64,000 bases of DNA from Callorhinchus milii (lineage: Eukaryota): NCBI RefSeq assembly GCF_018977255.1, contig NW_024704743.1:90398001-90462000 (forward strand). Reading direction: 5' to 3'. Below, in pieces: positions 1 through 13,443 of this stretch. Position numbers and translations under genes: made by a program. The notes under the pieces were generated by a model. That model had not been told where the DNA came from. It searched no databases and saw only the letters and a program-made list of their open reading frames with translations. Each line of letters starts with the position of its first letter. The stretch's first letter is position 1.

Positions 1-459
1 ACAAATTGAACACAAAATTATTGAGGGGGAAAACTACAGTAGAAAGAATATTCAGAAAAATTACAAAAATAAAGATTTGGGAAAGTGACTAAAGATGCCA
101 AAGTAAATAAAAGCCATAAAGATGAAAAGATTTGATATTAAAAGGAAGCAAAGCAAAAATGTAAATAAATCAGGTTAATATTAGATTTCTCACACAGATC
201 AGATATATTTATTACAGCACATTATGGATCAATTGTAAAGACGTATGCATATATGAATTGTACACTTTAGATGATCAGAATCTGTGTGAGAAGTCCTCCT
301 GTTTTCTTCCAAACTAGACTTAAAAACACAAGCAGTTTCTAAATTGGCAATCTTTATTGGAGGTCTCAGTTCTAAAGATATATGGTTTGGACGATAAAAT
401 ACATCTTTCTGGTCATAAATTTGCTGCTGGACAACATATAGCATCATAACTGATAATAT

Positions 460-1062
460 TTCTCTAGAAATGTATCCAATTTCTTACATCTCATTCATAC
501 TATTCATTACAGTGCTTTCTCTGGTATTATTATGATTTAAAGAATACCATTTCCATTATCACAAATAGTGTGGAACATAGGATATGCTAGATGAAAAAAT
601 ACCAAGGGCCATCTAGTCCATTGCACTGCAAGTATACTGAGCAAAAAATTCTTGGAATTCTATGTTTATTTTTGCAAGTCGATTAAAACAATAAATGTGT
701 GCTCTTCTATTGAATTCCAACCACAATAAAATCAAATCCAATTGTAGATAAGGATTAATCACAATTGATCATACTGCAGATTTATTTAAAAGAACTAGCA
801 GCAACAAAACCATCAACTTACTACTATTAAGTCCATCAAAATATTGAGCAAAAAGCCCAACATGTCTGTCCATTTATATATTTTTGGGGGACAAAAATGA
901 CACTTCTCCAGAAATGTATCCAATTTCTTACATCTCATTTATACTATTAATTTCAATGCTTTCTGTGGTATTATTATGATTGAAGGAATAACATTTACAT
1001 TATCACCAATAGTGTGGAACATAGGATATGCTAGACGAAAAAAATGCCAAGGGCCATCTAGT
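460..1062. repeat. Diverged direct repeat of ~158 bp (460-617 and 904-1062)
   Basis: Both copies read AGAAATGTATCCAATTTCTTACATCTCATT...AATAGTGTGGAACATAGGATATGCTAGA...CCAAGGGCCATCTAGT. Confidence 0.92.
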
Positions 1063-3039
1063 TCACCTTCTACCATCCTGGTAGTCTCATGCTACAATAA
1101 TAATGGAGATATTGACGAATCATGGCAATCAATCTCTATTGATTAGTCTACAACAGACTCTGGCATTAGGCGAGGAAAACCCACCAGTGGTGAAACGCTT
1201 TGGGAACCATAGGTCCTAAGGTGCCTGTGTTACATTTTTTTCCTTCTATTTTTTTTCTCCATTGGCATATAACTCTCTGTTTCTGTCTCATCTTTTCTTG
1301 CTGGGGTGTGCTTCCAGGGTGTTGTTTGCTCTCTGCTGCACTGCCCAAGTGGTACGTGTTAGCCTTGTCAGTGAGGTTTGGGAGGCTGATCAATTGTAGA
1401 GGGTGGGTGGTGACCTGACCTCTCTTACCTGGTTTCCATACATAGGCACAGCAGTAGAGGGCTCAGTCAAGGCACCAGGAATCTTGCCAGGTGGTCCCCT
1501 CCTTCATCCTGAGAAGTCCATGAGCCAATTATAGTCTTCCCATGGAATCCCAATTGAGACCAGCAGACAGGAAGTTGAACCAGTGAGCTCCTGGTCTATA
1601 AACTGCAGCTCTATCCACACCAGATATCTGTCCCCATGTTTTTTTAAAACATAATACTGGTAAAATCAATTATAGCTTTTCCATACTATTGAGGACAGAA
1701 AAAGTGCAATTCAGAAAGAACTGTTCTGAACTTCCTTCACCTTATCCTCAAAATAATGTCCCAAAATGACATTCTATATTATCCACTAGCTACCTTCTAA
1801 ATCCATTTTTATTAGCAATGAATAATGGTCAGTTTTTTGTTCTGAACACATATCTATTTGGAATTCAGCTAAAACTTGAGCATATTCACTTATAATTCAT
1901 ACTACTATCAGGAAAGAGAATATTCTGGTGTAGTAATGATCTAGGTTAAGATTTTCTTTTGCTGAAATGTACTCAACAGTGTACTTTTTGGAGGTTAATG
2001 TGTGTGTGAGAACTCCATCCACAGTATGATTTATGCAACCCGTAGCCTCCTAATGGACAAACTGAATACAGTAAAATGATCCTTGCATTTGAAATAGCAC
2101 TGTATCTTGTATCAAAACATGGTAAAGCATTACAGATTTTTCTGTGAAATGTAGTACTGTGTACATCTAGACAAACCAGCAGCGAATTGCACACAACAAT
2201 GTCACATGTGCAACAATTAAATGATTGACTATTATTTTCCCTCTGAATTATTTTTGACCAATACACTGGTCGAAACTCACTTCTCTCTTCGAAGATGGGA
2301 TACCATGGGATCTTTAATGCCACTAAACAGGAAGAGGGACTTTGGTTTATCGTCTCATCTGAAGGTGGCACCTTCGACAATGCAGCACTCCCATTGTAAT
2401 GTCAGCCTAGACTTAAGATCTCAAAGTCCTGACTTATTTATAATTATAATATTTTGGCTTCTGGCTTATTCAGTGCTGCAGGCAAATTTATCTAGATTAT
2501 TTGGTAGCTTGGTTTAAAGGTTACTCTAGGCTTCATAAATATATAATTTACTATAAAAATGTAAATTTGCTGTATGCCTCTTACAGACCATCACAGAACT
2601 ACATTTTAAAGAACATGTTACAAAATCATTGGTAAGCAGTGATTAATGAATTGCAAATTTTAATATATAAATACAATTCAATCTTCACATTCAGATTCAA
2701 GATGAGAGCACATAGCTAACAATATCTAGATATGATTGCCTCAGGTTATAGTACAAGTTTCTGCAGGTTTTGAACATACTTGCACTGACAAATCCATCTT
2801 GAACTGAGAACTGATTAATCCATGTTTCTCTTTTTAAAATGATTCATTCACTTGCCATCACAGAACACATATCACAAAGTTATTGTTTTAAAAATAGATA
2901 AATCTCCTATGTCAAGGCAACTTATTCAATCTCGTGACATTTACAAGCTCTTGGTTTGCACTGCCACCCAGTATTTTATTTTTCCTAAGTCACACTTCGT
3001 TGATCTGCAACAACCATTTGTATTTTGTGTGTTTGTTGG

Positions 3040-3367
3040 AAATAATAATCCTTGTATTTGATATAGTACTTTATCAAGACTTTGAGATGTCTTAAAGCAC
3101 TTCACAGAATATACTAGAAGGTGAATTGACTGTATATTTTGTGGGCGAAACGCGGCAGCCAATTGCGCACAGAAATGTCCCACAAGCAGTTGTGAATTGA
3201 AGGACCAAATGTATTTTTTTGTGTGATGGGATTATAAACCCCAGAGAAGTGATCCGCCAATTGACTAACAACCGGGTTCCTACTTCCTGCTAAGTAAACA
3301 GACGTGTGGCGTAAGGAAAAGAAATCAAACCAGGATCCTCTCGCTTGCGAGGTGAGTGCTCTAACCA
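3040..3367 (-). mobile_element. tRNA-headed SINE, long form
   Basis: Reverse complement of the family head, body and (ATT)n tail. Confidence 0.88.
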
Positions 3368-3520
3368 ATACTCTCCAACAATACAGTAAAGTTCATGCAT
3401 GATAGTATATAATAAATATTTTTGGAATAAAAGGGAACCTGAGTGGGGTGGATTAAGCTATTCTTATAGTTCTCAAAATAAATAATTTTAAAAGGGATAA
3501 AAATGAAAAAGGTCACCAAC

Positions 3521-3685
3521 CTGCTGTGCCCCTTGTTTGAAGGGAAGATACGAATACATTTATCGAAACTAGCGGAGACAAATTCCTTTCCTGTTGGGGA
3601 GTAATCTACATCAAGTACGGCCGAGACGTGATCCATATGCACCATAAGAGGAGAATCAAGGGAGCGCATGTCAAATGTATACAAG
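3521..3685 (-). CDS. DCAF13: DCAF13 coding exon 8 (later exons not found in the window)
   Basis: LYTFDMRSLDSPLMVHMDHVSAVLDVDYSPTGKEFVSASFDKCIRIFPSNKGHS(R); TTCAG acceptor, GTTGGT donor; 165 bp. Confidence 0.96.
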
Positions 3686-5296
3686 CTGAAGAAAGAGTAA
3701 GGCAACATTAAGATTTAAACATATTTCACGTGATTTAAATTAAGACTACAAAAACACTATGTGTATTTGTTCTTTGTTACTAAAAAGATGTCTTAACATT
3801 TCTACTCCAGTTTCCCATTTCACCTCCATTTGCAGAATTTCTCCTCTTAGTCAAGGCATTGAGCTTGTTCATTCCACTTTCCCTTTGAATTGTAACATAT
3901 GGAAATGGTGAATATGCTACCTTAGATTTTGCTTACAGCATGCTTTTGAAGATTTGCTTTTAAAAGCAATTTAGGGTAAAAAAAAAATTATAGTTTAATG
4001 TTTTACAGAGAACAGCACTATATTCTGAAAATACAATCTATTGTAAACAACAAAGAACATATTCAACAGCTTACATTCAAACAAGAATATAGGACTGGGT
4101 GATAAGCCACACTTCCAAAATGTGAAAGGCTTGTTTTTTTCTTTTAGCACCAAAGTCTTCTCTCAAAAACTCATTTGAGAGGCTGGTACTTTATTAATAG
4201 CTATTATGCTTCTGATAGATAACATTTTCACACACCACTAATGTAATCACTTGCTATATTGCGGCTCAGTCACATGAAGCTCCACATACTTCATCCAATA
4301 TTTCACCTCAACTGAATCAAGACCAAGATTCACAAGTTGCCACAAAATGAAAACTAACTTAAAGTATAATTAGTCAATATTCCTACAGTTTGGGATCCAG
4401 CATAAAATAAGATTTATTCTGCAAAAAAGATTAAATTCAATTCAGATTTAGCCAAATTATTTTGGGTGAAATGTTGTCCTCATCGAGGTGAGGGTTATTC
4501 GCACTGAGAAATAGAATACTTTCCCATTTTGGGCACATAAGGAGGAATTGAAAGGGAAAATAATACAAATTTCAAATGGGAAGTAAACTAAAACTGTTTT
4601 TATTACTATTCCAAATACTAAGCAGATGAAAACTTTTAGATTTTATATCCCCCCCTCACCCAGCCCAATGCTTAGTGATGGTCAAGCGAAGTAAAGTTAC
4701 CAAGAGTAAAAATGATGACAAGATTTTCAAGGTTCTAATTTTGCTAGGAGTTTTATGGCTTAAAATGTACAATAAAAACTTCTTGAAACGGATAGTGACG
4801 AATAATCAATTCATTCACTTATAATCAACAATAAATTCCTGTCAACTACTCTAAAACAAATCAATGAGCCTTTTCAAGATAGTCACTGTGAGCATCCATA
4901 AAATTAAATTTACTGCAGTTTTAGCAAAGCAGCGCAATAGGCTTTTGGCTGCAGCATTCTTTGGTAAGCACTATCTATATAATGAAGTACAAAAAAGCAT
5001 TCCCATATAATAACATTACGCCTAAAGGCAGAAGGAGCAATTCTTCTGTCTCCACATACATCAAGCTATGAAAAATACATTAATCTCACCCTCCTGCAAA
5101 TTTATTTTACATTGCTCTTTGTCTTGGGAGGGGAAAGGAAAGCATCTTTGTAATTCACTGTATACAGGGTTAGAACTCAAGTATTTAACTATTCTAAGGA
5201 CACCAAAAGAGAGCTGAATAAGCAAAACAACAAACCTCCACGTTCTTTCCTCTCTTGACCTACCCTTGAATCAATATTTTTTAAACAATTACTTAC

Positions 5297-5379
5297 TTAT
5301 AGTCTTCATTTGCTCCAGTAAAAATAAAGGCCTCCATAGGGTTCCAACATATAGTGTTGGTCCTCAGACTCATAACAAC
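5297..5379 (-). CDS. DCAF13: DCAF13 coding exon 7
   Basis: VVMSLRTNTICWNPMEAFIFTGANEDY(N); CAG acceptor, GTAAGT donor; 83 bp after a 96-bp intron. Confidence 0.96.
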
Positions 5380-5475
5380 CTGTCCAAATAAAAGTTTGAA
5401 TTGAAAATAAAAAGTATATAATATTTAAATTCCATTTAATTTGTGTCATTTTCTAGATAACATTAAGCGTCTTAC

Positions 5476-5553
5476 CTTCTTTAATGGCGTTGCTTGCCTC
5501 ATATCATACAGAACAATATTTCTATCTGAAGCACAGCTTGCAAGAAGGTAGGT
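5476..5553 (-). CDS. DCAF13: DCAF13 coding exon 6
   Basis: TYLLASCASDRNIVLYDMRQATPLKK; TTTCAG acceptor, GTAAG donor; 78 bp. Confidence 0.96.
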
Positions 5554-6480
5554 CTGAAATCAAATAGAATAATTGACACAATCATTAAACGATTGCAGTC
5601 ATTACATGCAAGTTCCAAAAAAAAATTGGAAATCAAAAATAGTAGTATGAAATTAAACCAAATTTATGAAAGCAAACAAGTAGAATTTTGAAGCATAACT
5701 GACTGCAAAACCCATACTAACATTTCATCACACTATATGCAATATAAATGTATTTTCAAATAGAATTTAGTTTAATGCTCATTATCCCAACCCACCCCTC
5801 CAGGTTAAAAACTAAAGTTTTCTTTATTAAGGATTCAGTTTCTAAAAAAAAATTTCTCTAAAAACTTTCGAGCAATCACACTGAATGAGCACTACATATC
5901 CACATCCCCGAAATCTCACTCTTCAAAAAAAATACAATTCAATACAGCTTGAAATGTACAAATAGTAAAAAATCAAGGTCTAAGAATTGGGATCTATAAA
6001 TTTTCCTCACCCAAGAGTCTCAAACATTAAAAGTCAGCATGCTCAATTCTTAATCTGGCTTCCACAAATATCCCTCCATCCTGGATAATTTAGAAAGCCA
6101 CAAATTCAAATCATAATTTTTTTTTAAAAAATCAAAAAATTCTTCAAAGAGCCAAAGATTACATTTAGTGCAATACACATAACAAAAGTACCAATGTAAT
6201 AGTTCATGTTTCAACCACCTTTTCACACTGATTCAGATTTCACCCATTTCGTGTTGGGCTCAGAAGTATACAATTCCAGTCTACTGAACTCTTTACCTCT
6301 CAAAAAAACGAATAAAACTGTTAACATATATCAGTTAAAAAAAAGGTTGTGAGGATCGTGGGCCAGCCTATCCTCTAGCCATAGTAACTGTACTGATGTT
6401 ATAGAATCCCCCTCTTCTTTTGTTAGTTTTCGAGAGATGTCATATTTGCCATCAAAGTTGGCACAGTCACTCAGCTGATG

Positions 6481-6600
6481 CAACAACAACAACAACAAGA
6501 TTCCATTTATAAAGCGCCTTTCAAGTCAGGAGGACGTCCCAAGGCGCTGCACAGTTGGGTCATGACCCGAGCAGGGGGGAAATGGTCAGGGTGAGGGGAA
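6481..6600 (-). mobile_element. L2 LINE 3' end fragment
   Basis: Near-identical to the 3' end of the 8334 copy, with (TTG)n tail. Confidence 0.9.
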
Positions 6601-8333
6601 AGTTAATATCTGATTTTATATTGAAAATACTAGCCATGAAGGTTTTTGGTTTAATTTCTTTTCTCGAGTACTGCCATTTTGTAAGATTTTTGAGATATCC
6701 TCCCGATGTGAAATGCTCTATATAAATGTGTTTGTATTGTATCAAATACCCAACAGGTAGATTTACATGCTATTTGTATCAGAAGAGAGCCAATGTATGA
6801 AATTTTAGATGCTGAAACAGTAATTGATGTAGAATCTTTTTAAAAAAGGAATTATAAACATTTTTTTGAAAAGAAAAAAAACCTAATAGGCTAGGGGGAT
6901 AGGTAGGAAACCGAGGCTATAGGGATAACTCTTAAAGAGAACTTGCTCAGTCAATCTGAGTGAACGGCTTTCTGTGCTTAAACATTCTATGGAAGAGTGT
7001 TATGTCAGCAAACTGTAATAATTCAGGATACTGTTTGTAAGCAGTGGGAACTAAACTAGAAACCATAGAGTGACTTCCTCATCACACATTCAGTTAATAA
7101 TCAAAGAAAATTGGAAAAAGGAACAAGCAATGCACAGGGGAGAGAGGAACTGTTTCTGGCTTCATGGAAACATTTCTGGTTAATAAGCCAAAGCTTGAAA
7201 GAAAAACAGAACATTCAATTAAAATAAACAGACAATTTTAAGAACAATTGTAAAAATAAATCTTAATCCACTTTAAATTCACGTCAGACTCCAGGTTTGT
7301 TCTGATATTGGTTGAATTTAACTACAGTATTTGACCTGGGCAATGAAGTAGAGAAAGTACAGTTCTTATAAAGCATATAATTGCCTAAGTTGTACATCCA
7401 CCCAAGTCCCATTCAGTTTCCTATCAAAACTACTTATATTTCTTTGCACTAGTCATATTAATCATCTCCTGACTTACAACGCCACTGCACTATCCTCCAC
7501 TACTCTCGCATTTACCGACTGTATTGAATCGTGGGAAAGGTAGCCTTGATCCTTCAACACATGCAGAAGAACGTCATTTATTATTATTATTATTATTATT
7601 TCCCACAATCCAATGCAATTCCAAAGCTTGCCGAGAAGGGCAGATGCAGCGATGGGTCAAGACCCATTCAATCGTGGGAAATATCAGCTGCAGTGACAAT
7701 CTTCAGAATGCACAGTCACAAACTACATTGAATTACACATGTGTAGTGTAGATTATTGATTAAATCGGATTTTATACAACTTATACACATTTGCCTGCAA
7801 TTCATGCTTCAAGCAAGTCATTAAATTTTATGGTCCCCACTGATGCGACTTTTGTGAGTTTACTGTACTTAGCGCCCAAAGCTAGATAATCAGCTCCGAA
7901 GCTACTGACTGGCTATTCTATTGGGACTGCCCTTTATATAAACTTCACAGGAGATGTAATAAATATTGAATACGAAACATTCAATCTGCAGGAAGATATA
8001 AAAAACTAGTCATTGGAAAATTGACATTTAACCCTGCACTACAGATATACAAATCTCTTTGTATACAAACTAATTTCTAGCAATTCAAAACAAACTAGAA
8101 CCTGTAAACAAATCGGTTAAATGACGCTTTACAAAATCTTGAATAGACAGTTCCATTTTTTGGTTGTTTCATAATACAATTTTATGTGTTTTTGTTGACA
8201 GAAGGGTCACTAAAGCTAATTCTAAGGGACAGATATGGGATCCCTGGTAGGGGAATTTAAAGGTAGCAGAACACCTAGGGTAGTCATCATAACATATTAA
8301 GGTTTAGTTTTTGTCACAACCCCATCCCACTTC

Positions 8334-10130
8334 AACAACAACAACAACACGATTCCATTTATAGAGCGCCTTTCACGTCGGGAGGACGTCCCAAGGCGCT
8401 GGACAGTTGGGCCAGGACCCGAGCAGGGGGGAAATGGTCAGGGTGAGGGGAGGGAAGGGATGGAGCGAGGAGGGGGTAGAGAGTCGAGAGGGGAGCTGAA
8501 GGCTCGGTCAAAGAGAAAGGTTTTGAGACCGGCCTTGAAGGAGGAAAGGGAGGAAGCGGCGAAGGCATTGGGGGATGGAGTTCCAGAGCCGAGGGGCTGA
8601 GAGGCTGAAGGCCCGGCCACCGATGGTAGGGCGGTTGGGGCGGGGGATGTGGAGCAGACCGGAGCCAGAGGAACGGAGGGTACGGGCAGGTAGGTAGGGG
8701 GATAGTAGGTCGGAGAGGTAGGAGGGAGCAAGGCCGTGAATGGCCTTGTAGGTGAGGATGAGGATCTTGAAATCGATCCTCTGGGGGATGGGGAGCCAGT
8801 GGAGGCGAGCGAGGGTGGGAGTGATGTGGTCCCGAAGCCTGGTGCGGGACAGTACACGAGCTGCAGAGTTCTGAATGACCTGCAGCTTGTGGAGGGAGGT
8901 GCCGGGAAGGCCGGCGAGGAGAGAGTTCCCATAGTCCAGCCTTGAGGGATAAAGGCGTGGACCAGGGTTTCAGCAGCGTGAGGGGTGAGGTGGTGCCGTA
9001 GTCTGGCGATGTTCTGGAGGTGATGGAAGGCGGTGCCAGTTGTGGTGCGGATATGAGGAAGAAAGGACAGCTCAGGGTCGAACAGAACCCGAGGTTCCTG
9101 ACTGGCTTTGAGAGGTGGAGAGTGCAGCCTTGGATGCTGATGGTGTCAGCGCCTGAGGTGCGGAGGCGCTGACACGACCCAATCAGGAGGGCCTCAGTTT
9201 CACGCACATTGAGCTGAAGAAAGTTGTCTCTCGTCCAGGACTCGATGTCGGACAGGCAGCTGTCAGGACATCGGTGGTCGTGGAGTTGAGGGTAGAGGAG
9301 GAAAGGTAGAGTTGGGTGTCATCCGCATACATGTGGAAGTTAACCCCATGTCTGCGGATGATGTCACCAAGGGGGAGCATATAGAGGGTGAAGAGGAGGG
9401 GACCGAGGACAGAGCCCTGAGGGACACCGCACGAGACAGTGCGGGGGCTGGAGGAAAAGCCATTCGTGGAAACAAAGTGAAGACGGTGGGAGAGGTATGA
9501 CCTAAACCACTCAAGGACAGGGCCTTGAAGGTTGAGGTGGGAGGACAAGCGGTGGAGGATAGCGTGGTCGACCGTATCGAATGCTGCCGATAGATCGAGG
9601 AGGACGAGGAGGCAGAGGGAGCCCTGGTCGCAGATGGTCAGGATGTCATTGGTGACCTTGACCAGGGCGGTTTCTGTGCTATGGACAGCACGGAAACCCG
9701 ACTGAAGGGGTTCAAATAATGAATGGGTGGGGAGGAAAGAGCGCAGTTGGGAGGCGACAACTCTTTCAAGGACCTTGGACAGGAAGGGGAGGTTGGAGAT
9801 GGGCCGGTAGCTTGATAGCTGCGACACATCAAGGGAGGGTTTTTTCAGGGTGGGCGTGATGATGGCAGTTTTTAAGGGAATGGGAACAGAGCCAGAGGAG
9901 AGGGACAGGTTGACGATGTCTGTGATATGTGGGGCAAGGAGGTGGAGCTGGGAGATAAGGAGTGGAGTGGGGATGGGGTCAAGGGAGCAGGTGGTGGGTT
10001 TCAGGGATAGGATGAGTTCAGTGACAGAGGGTGGGGAAACGGGTACGAAAGTGTGTAGGGGAGGATGGGTAGGAGTTGGAGTGTGGGACGGAGGGAGTGG
10101 GGGGTGGGTGGAGGTTGGAGTGGAAGTGAC
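8334..10130 (-). mobile_element. L2-clade LINE, 5'-truncated, reverse transcriptase domain with frameshifts
   Basis: ORF 9183-10157: [54 protein letters not shown]; 3' stem-loop and (TTG)n tail at 8334. Confidence 0.95.
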
Positions 10131-10448
10131 CCCGGAGCAGATTCCCTTGGCTCCCATCCTTCAGCTCAGGTGCCCAACCAGCAATGTTGAGTAGTTTGAG
10201 ACATCCTTCCGACGTGAAAAAGGCGCAATGTAAATATTGCTATGTTTCTGGGATCACAAAACATTGCTTATGCGGCTCATCGATGTTTCTCAAATTTCTC
10301 AAATAGGGCATCTGGCCCGCAGCAGCCAAAAGGTTGAACCACTCTGGTGTATGAAATTAAATCACAGCAGTTAAGATAGAAATAAGGTATTACTAGATAA
10401 ATTAGCCACACAAAGATGACAAAGCACCAAATATTGTGGACATATTAC

Positions 10449-10604
10449 CTCTACAGGATTGAATTTGACACTGCTGATACTGTCAACTCCCCAAGTAAAT
10501 GAACGAATTGGGCTGGATCTCTGCTCATCCCAAATATCCACCTGTTGTCCACTTGTGGCAAACAAACCTTCTTTCCAATGATGATCAATTCCTGTGTAAA
10601 TAGC
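10449..10604 (-). CDS. DCAF13: DCAF13 coding exon 5
   Basis: AIYTGIDHHWKEGLFATSGQQVDIWDEQRSSPIRSFTWGVDSISSVKFNPVE; TAG acceptor, GTAAT donor; 156 bp. Confidence 0.96.
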
Positions 10605-11469
10605 CTAAGTATAAACATACAAATCACACATTAACCAATTGTGCACAGCAGTGTCCCACAAACAGTGATTATAGGCTTTGTTTTCAAATGGGTAAAAAAA
10701 CACTAATAAACAATGTGATAATGTTGGGTTAAAATACAGTAGACTATTAAGATGTGCAAGGCTAATTTTGCTATATTCTGTAAACTTATGTTAAGGTACA
10801 AATTCATATAATAATAATCCTTGCATTTGATATAGCGCCTTATCACGTCTTTGAGATGTCTCAAAGCGCTTCAGTGAATATACTGTAAAGTGAATTAACT
10901 GTGTTTTGTGGGTGAAACATGGTAACCAATTGTGCACAGCAGTGTCCCACAAACAGTGATTATAGGCTTTGTTTTCAAATGGGTAAAAGGAGCTATATCA
11001 TACACGACGTACACTGTCTGCAGACTCCGCTCCCACACAGGAGAGCAACACATCCCCCCAGATCAGAAGATATAATATTCTAACTTCTCCAACTCTGCTT
11101 GGGTTTGGAATATATGGAGGTTTTTTGCAACTAGTTAGTGAAGTCCAAAGTAAAGTGAGAAAGCAGATTCTAGAAAAGTGAGAGAAAAAACACTGAAGCA
11201 TTTTCATTGGAAATTGCGTGAATTTATTCTTTTCTTTGGAACAAATCGTTGCTGCTCCTCCCTAATTATGGGCACTGAGGTCAATTGTAGTATCCTTATT
11301 GCATCCCTCGCTAATATCAACTAACTCAGCACAAACCAGGATTCAAATCTGAAACTTGTTTCTCTGTCGATTCTAGTGCTGCATAAATCTGTTCTTAAAA
11401 AAATTCTCACCAATTTCTGACTGGTTCTGACTGGTATCCATGCCTCTACATAGATTTTAACCAAATCCA

Positions 11470-11840
11470 GTGACCTAGTGACCTGCTGACTCCAAACCAA
11501 CCTACCTGCTCCCTCCGTTCAGTGGGCTCTGGTCTGCTCCATGTCTCCTGCCCGACCCGCCCTACCATCAGTGGCCGGGCTTTCAGCCTCTCTGCCCCTG
11601 CACTCTGGAACTCCATCCCACGGTCGCTTCGCCTCGCTTCCTCCCTTGCCTCCTTCAAGGCTGGTCTCAAGACCCTCCTCTTCGATCGTGCCTCAGTCGC
11701 CCTCCCACCTCTCTGTCTTCCCTCACCCCTAGCCCATCCCTCCCCCATGCTTGGGTCCTGACCCCTGACTGTCCAGCGCCTTGGGACGTCCTCCCAACGT
11801 GAAAAGAGCTCTATAAATGTAATTTTGTTGTTGTTGGTGG
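11470..11840 (+). mobile_element. L2 LINE 3' fragment
   Basis: [16 protein letters not shown]...FKAGLKT-type C-terminus, stem-loop tail and (TTG)n. Confidence 0.9.
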
Positions 11841-12156
11841 TGTAAGTATTCAAAAAACAGGATCAAAAAACAATGAAAAGCTTCTAGGTGTCCTAGTGAG
11901 TAAATGAATCAACAGGTGCAGTATTTCGTTATACAAACCGGAAGCTTGCGGGTTGAAATTTTGATTTATGCTAAATTAGTTGGAGTAACAATGAAGATGT
12001 TAAAATTGACCTTAATCCTCTTGGTCTGGAGCGAGAGCGACACAAATCAGGCAGGTTTCTGGTTCCAGATTGCTAACAAATGACTCCCTGCTGAAAAGTA
12101 CTCCCTTGCTGCACATCCCTGTGTGTTATATACTTAAAATAAACAGAGCCACATAC

Positions 12157-12246
12157 CTTGCCAAGTAATGTATGTATGGGTTCTTCTTCTTCCCCATGTG
12201 CAGGGCTCTCCATCTTCCATTGTTTGATGGTCTTATCATCACCAAC
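12157..12246 (-). CDS. DCAF13: DCAF13 coding exon 4
   Basis: VGDDKTIKQWKMESPAHGEEEEPIHTLLGK; AAG acceptor, GTATGT donor; 90 bp. Confidence 0.95.
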
Positions 12247-12328
12247 CTTCAAAACATTGTAATTGTAAAGTTTACTTCAAGCATACTACAGGACAACCCC
12301 ATTATTACATGCCTTGCTTTAGTACTGC

Positions 12329-12782
12329 GTGGAGTCCTGTAGCTCAATGGTTAGACCACTCGCCTCACAAGTGAGAGACCTGGGTTGAATTCCTGGCAGG
12401 GCGAAACATTGGGCAAGTTTCCTTACTTCACACACCTCTGTTTTTCTAGCAGTAAGGAGGAACCCAGTTGTTAGTCGATTGGCGGATCGCTTTTCCGGGG
12501 GTAATAATTCCTTCAAAAAAATTATAATAAATTGGTCTGATAATATTATAATAAAGCGCTCTGAGACGCCGTCCGGCGTGGAGGGCACTATATAAATCCA
12601 AGTTGTTGTTGGTCACTTCAATCGACGACTGTCTGTGGGACACTGCTGTGCGCAATTAGCTGCCACGTTTTGCCCACAAAACACAGTCAATTCACTTTAC
12701 AGTATATTCTGTGAAGCGCTTTGATACATCTAGAAAATGTGATAATGCGCTAGATCAAATGCAAGAATTATTATTATTATTA
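12329..12782 (+). mobile_element. tRNA-headed SINE, long form, with an internal L2-tail insertion
   Basis: GGAGTCCTGTAGCTCAATGGTTAGACC head, GGTTGAATTCC B box, Deu-like 3' body, (ATT)n tail. Confidence 0.9.
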
Positions 12783-13335
12783 CGACTCTGCTTATTTCTG
12801 GTGTTAACTGGCTGGCTCTCTGCTTGTAGTACAGACCCAGAGGGGCCTCTCTGTGGCAGAATCCCAGACATCACCTGAGCAATTGCCAGCTTTTTTGAAC
12901 ATAGGAAGTGGCATCAATGATGGCTATTTCTATCGTAGGCCTCTAATTTTATGGACACAAGGTAATGTGTTATAACAGAGTTGTTCTGCATTCTCCATTG
13001 TTTTGTAAATATCAGGATTGCAAAAACATAAACAACTACCCAGGATTTTTGGTCCAACATTGATAGCCACATTGTATGCAAATGTAACTTGAATTGTATT
13101 TCCAGGAACTAGGAATGTCACAGAACATTATTTTAGTTTAAAAAGAATGAGATGATGCTCTAGTATTTTAAATTTCTCATTTGTCAAGCACGCAAGACCT
13201 GGTACAGCAAATTTAAATGATGGCAACAAAAACATTGATGATAAATGCCTATAATTTTTTTTAACAAAATAAAACCATTAACTGATGAGCAGAATATCTA
13301 AATGGAGAAATAGCTAAGTATAATGTTCTACTTAC

Positions 13336-13443
13336 TGAAAAGAACGATGTTCCACAGAATCTGGTACATAGTCCTCTGACAAAGCCTGTGTGAGCTTGCA
13401 ACGTTCGGAAGCATTCACGCTTTGTCAGGTTCCAAAGTTTTAC
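13336..13443 (-). CDS. DCAF13: DCAF13 coding exon 3
   Basis: VKLWNLTKRECFRTLQAHTGFVRGLCTRFCGTSFFS (WD40); TAG acceptor, GTAAGT donor; 108 bp. Confidence 0.95.

Noticed and set aside
229..447. 72-aa ORF as a further DCAF13 exon
   Set aside because: No similarity to the expected next exon (EVYHTKRMQHV...) and no fitting splice sites; the remaining exons probably lie outside the window
8334..10157. Intact autonomous reverse transcriptase gene
   Set aside because: 5'-truncated, no endonuclease domain, frameshifts after YADD
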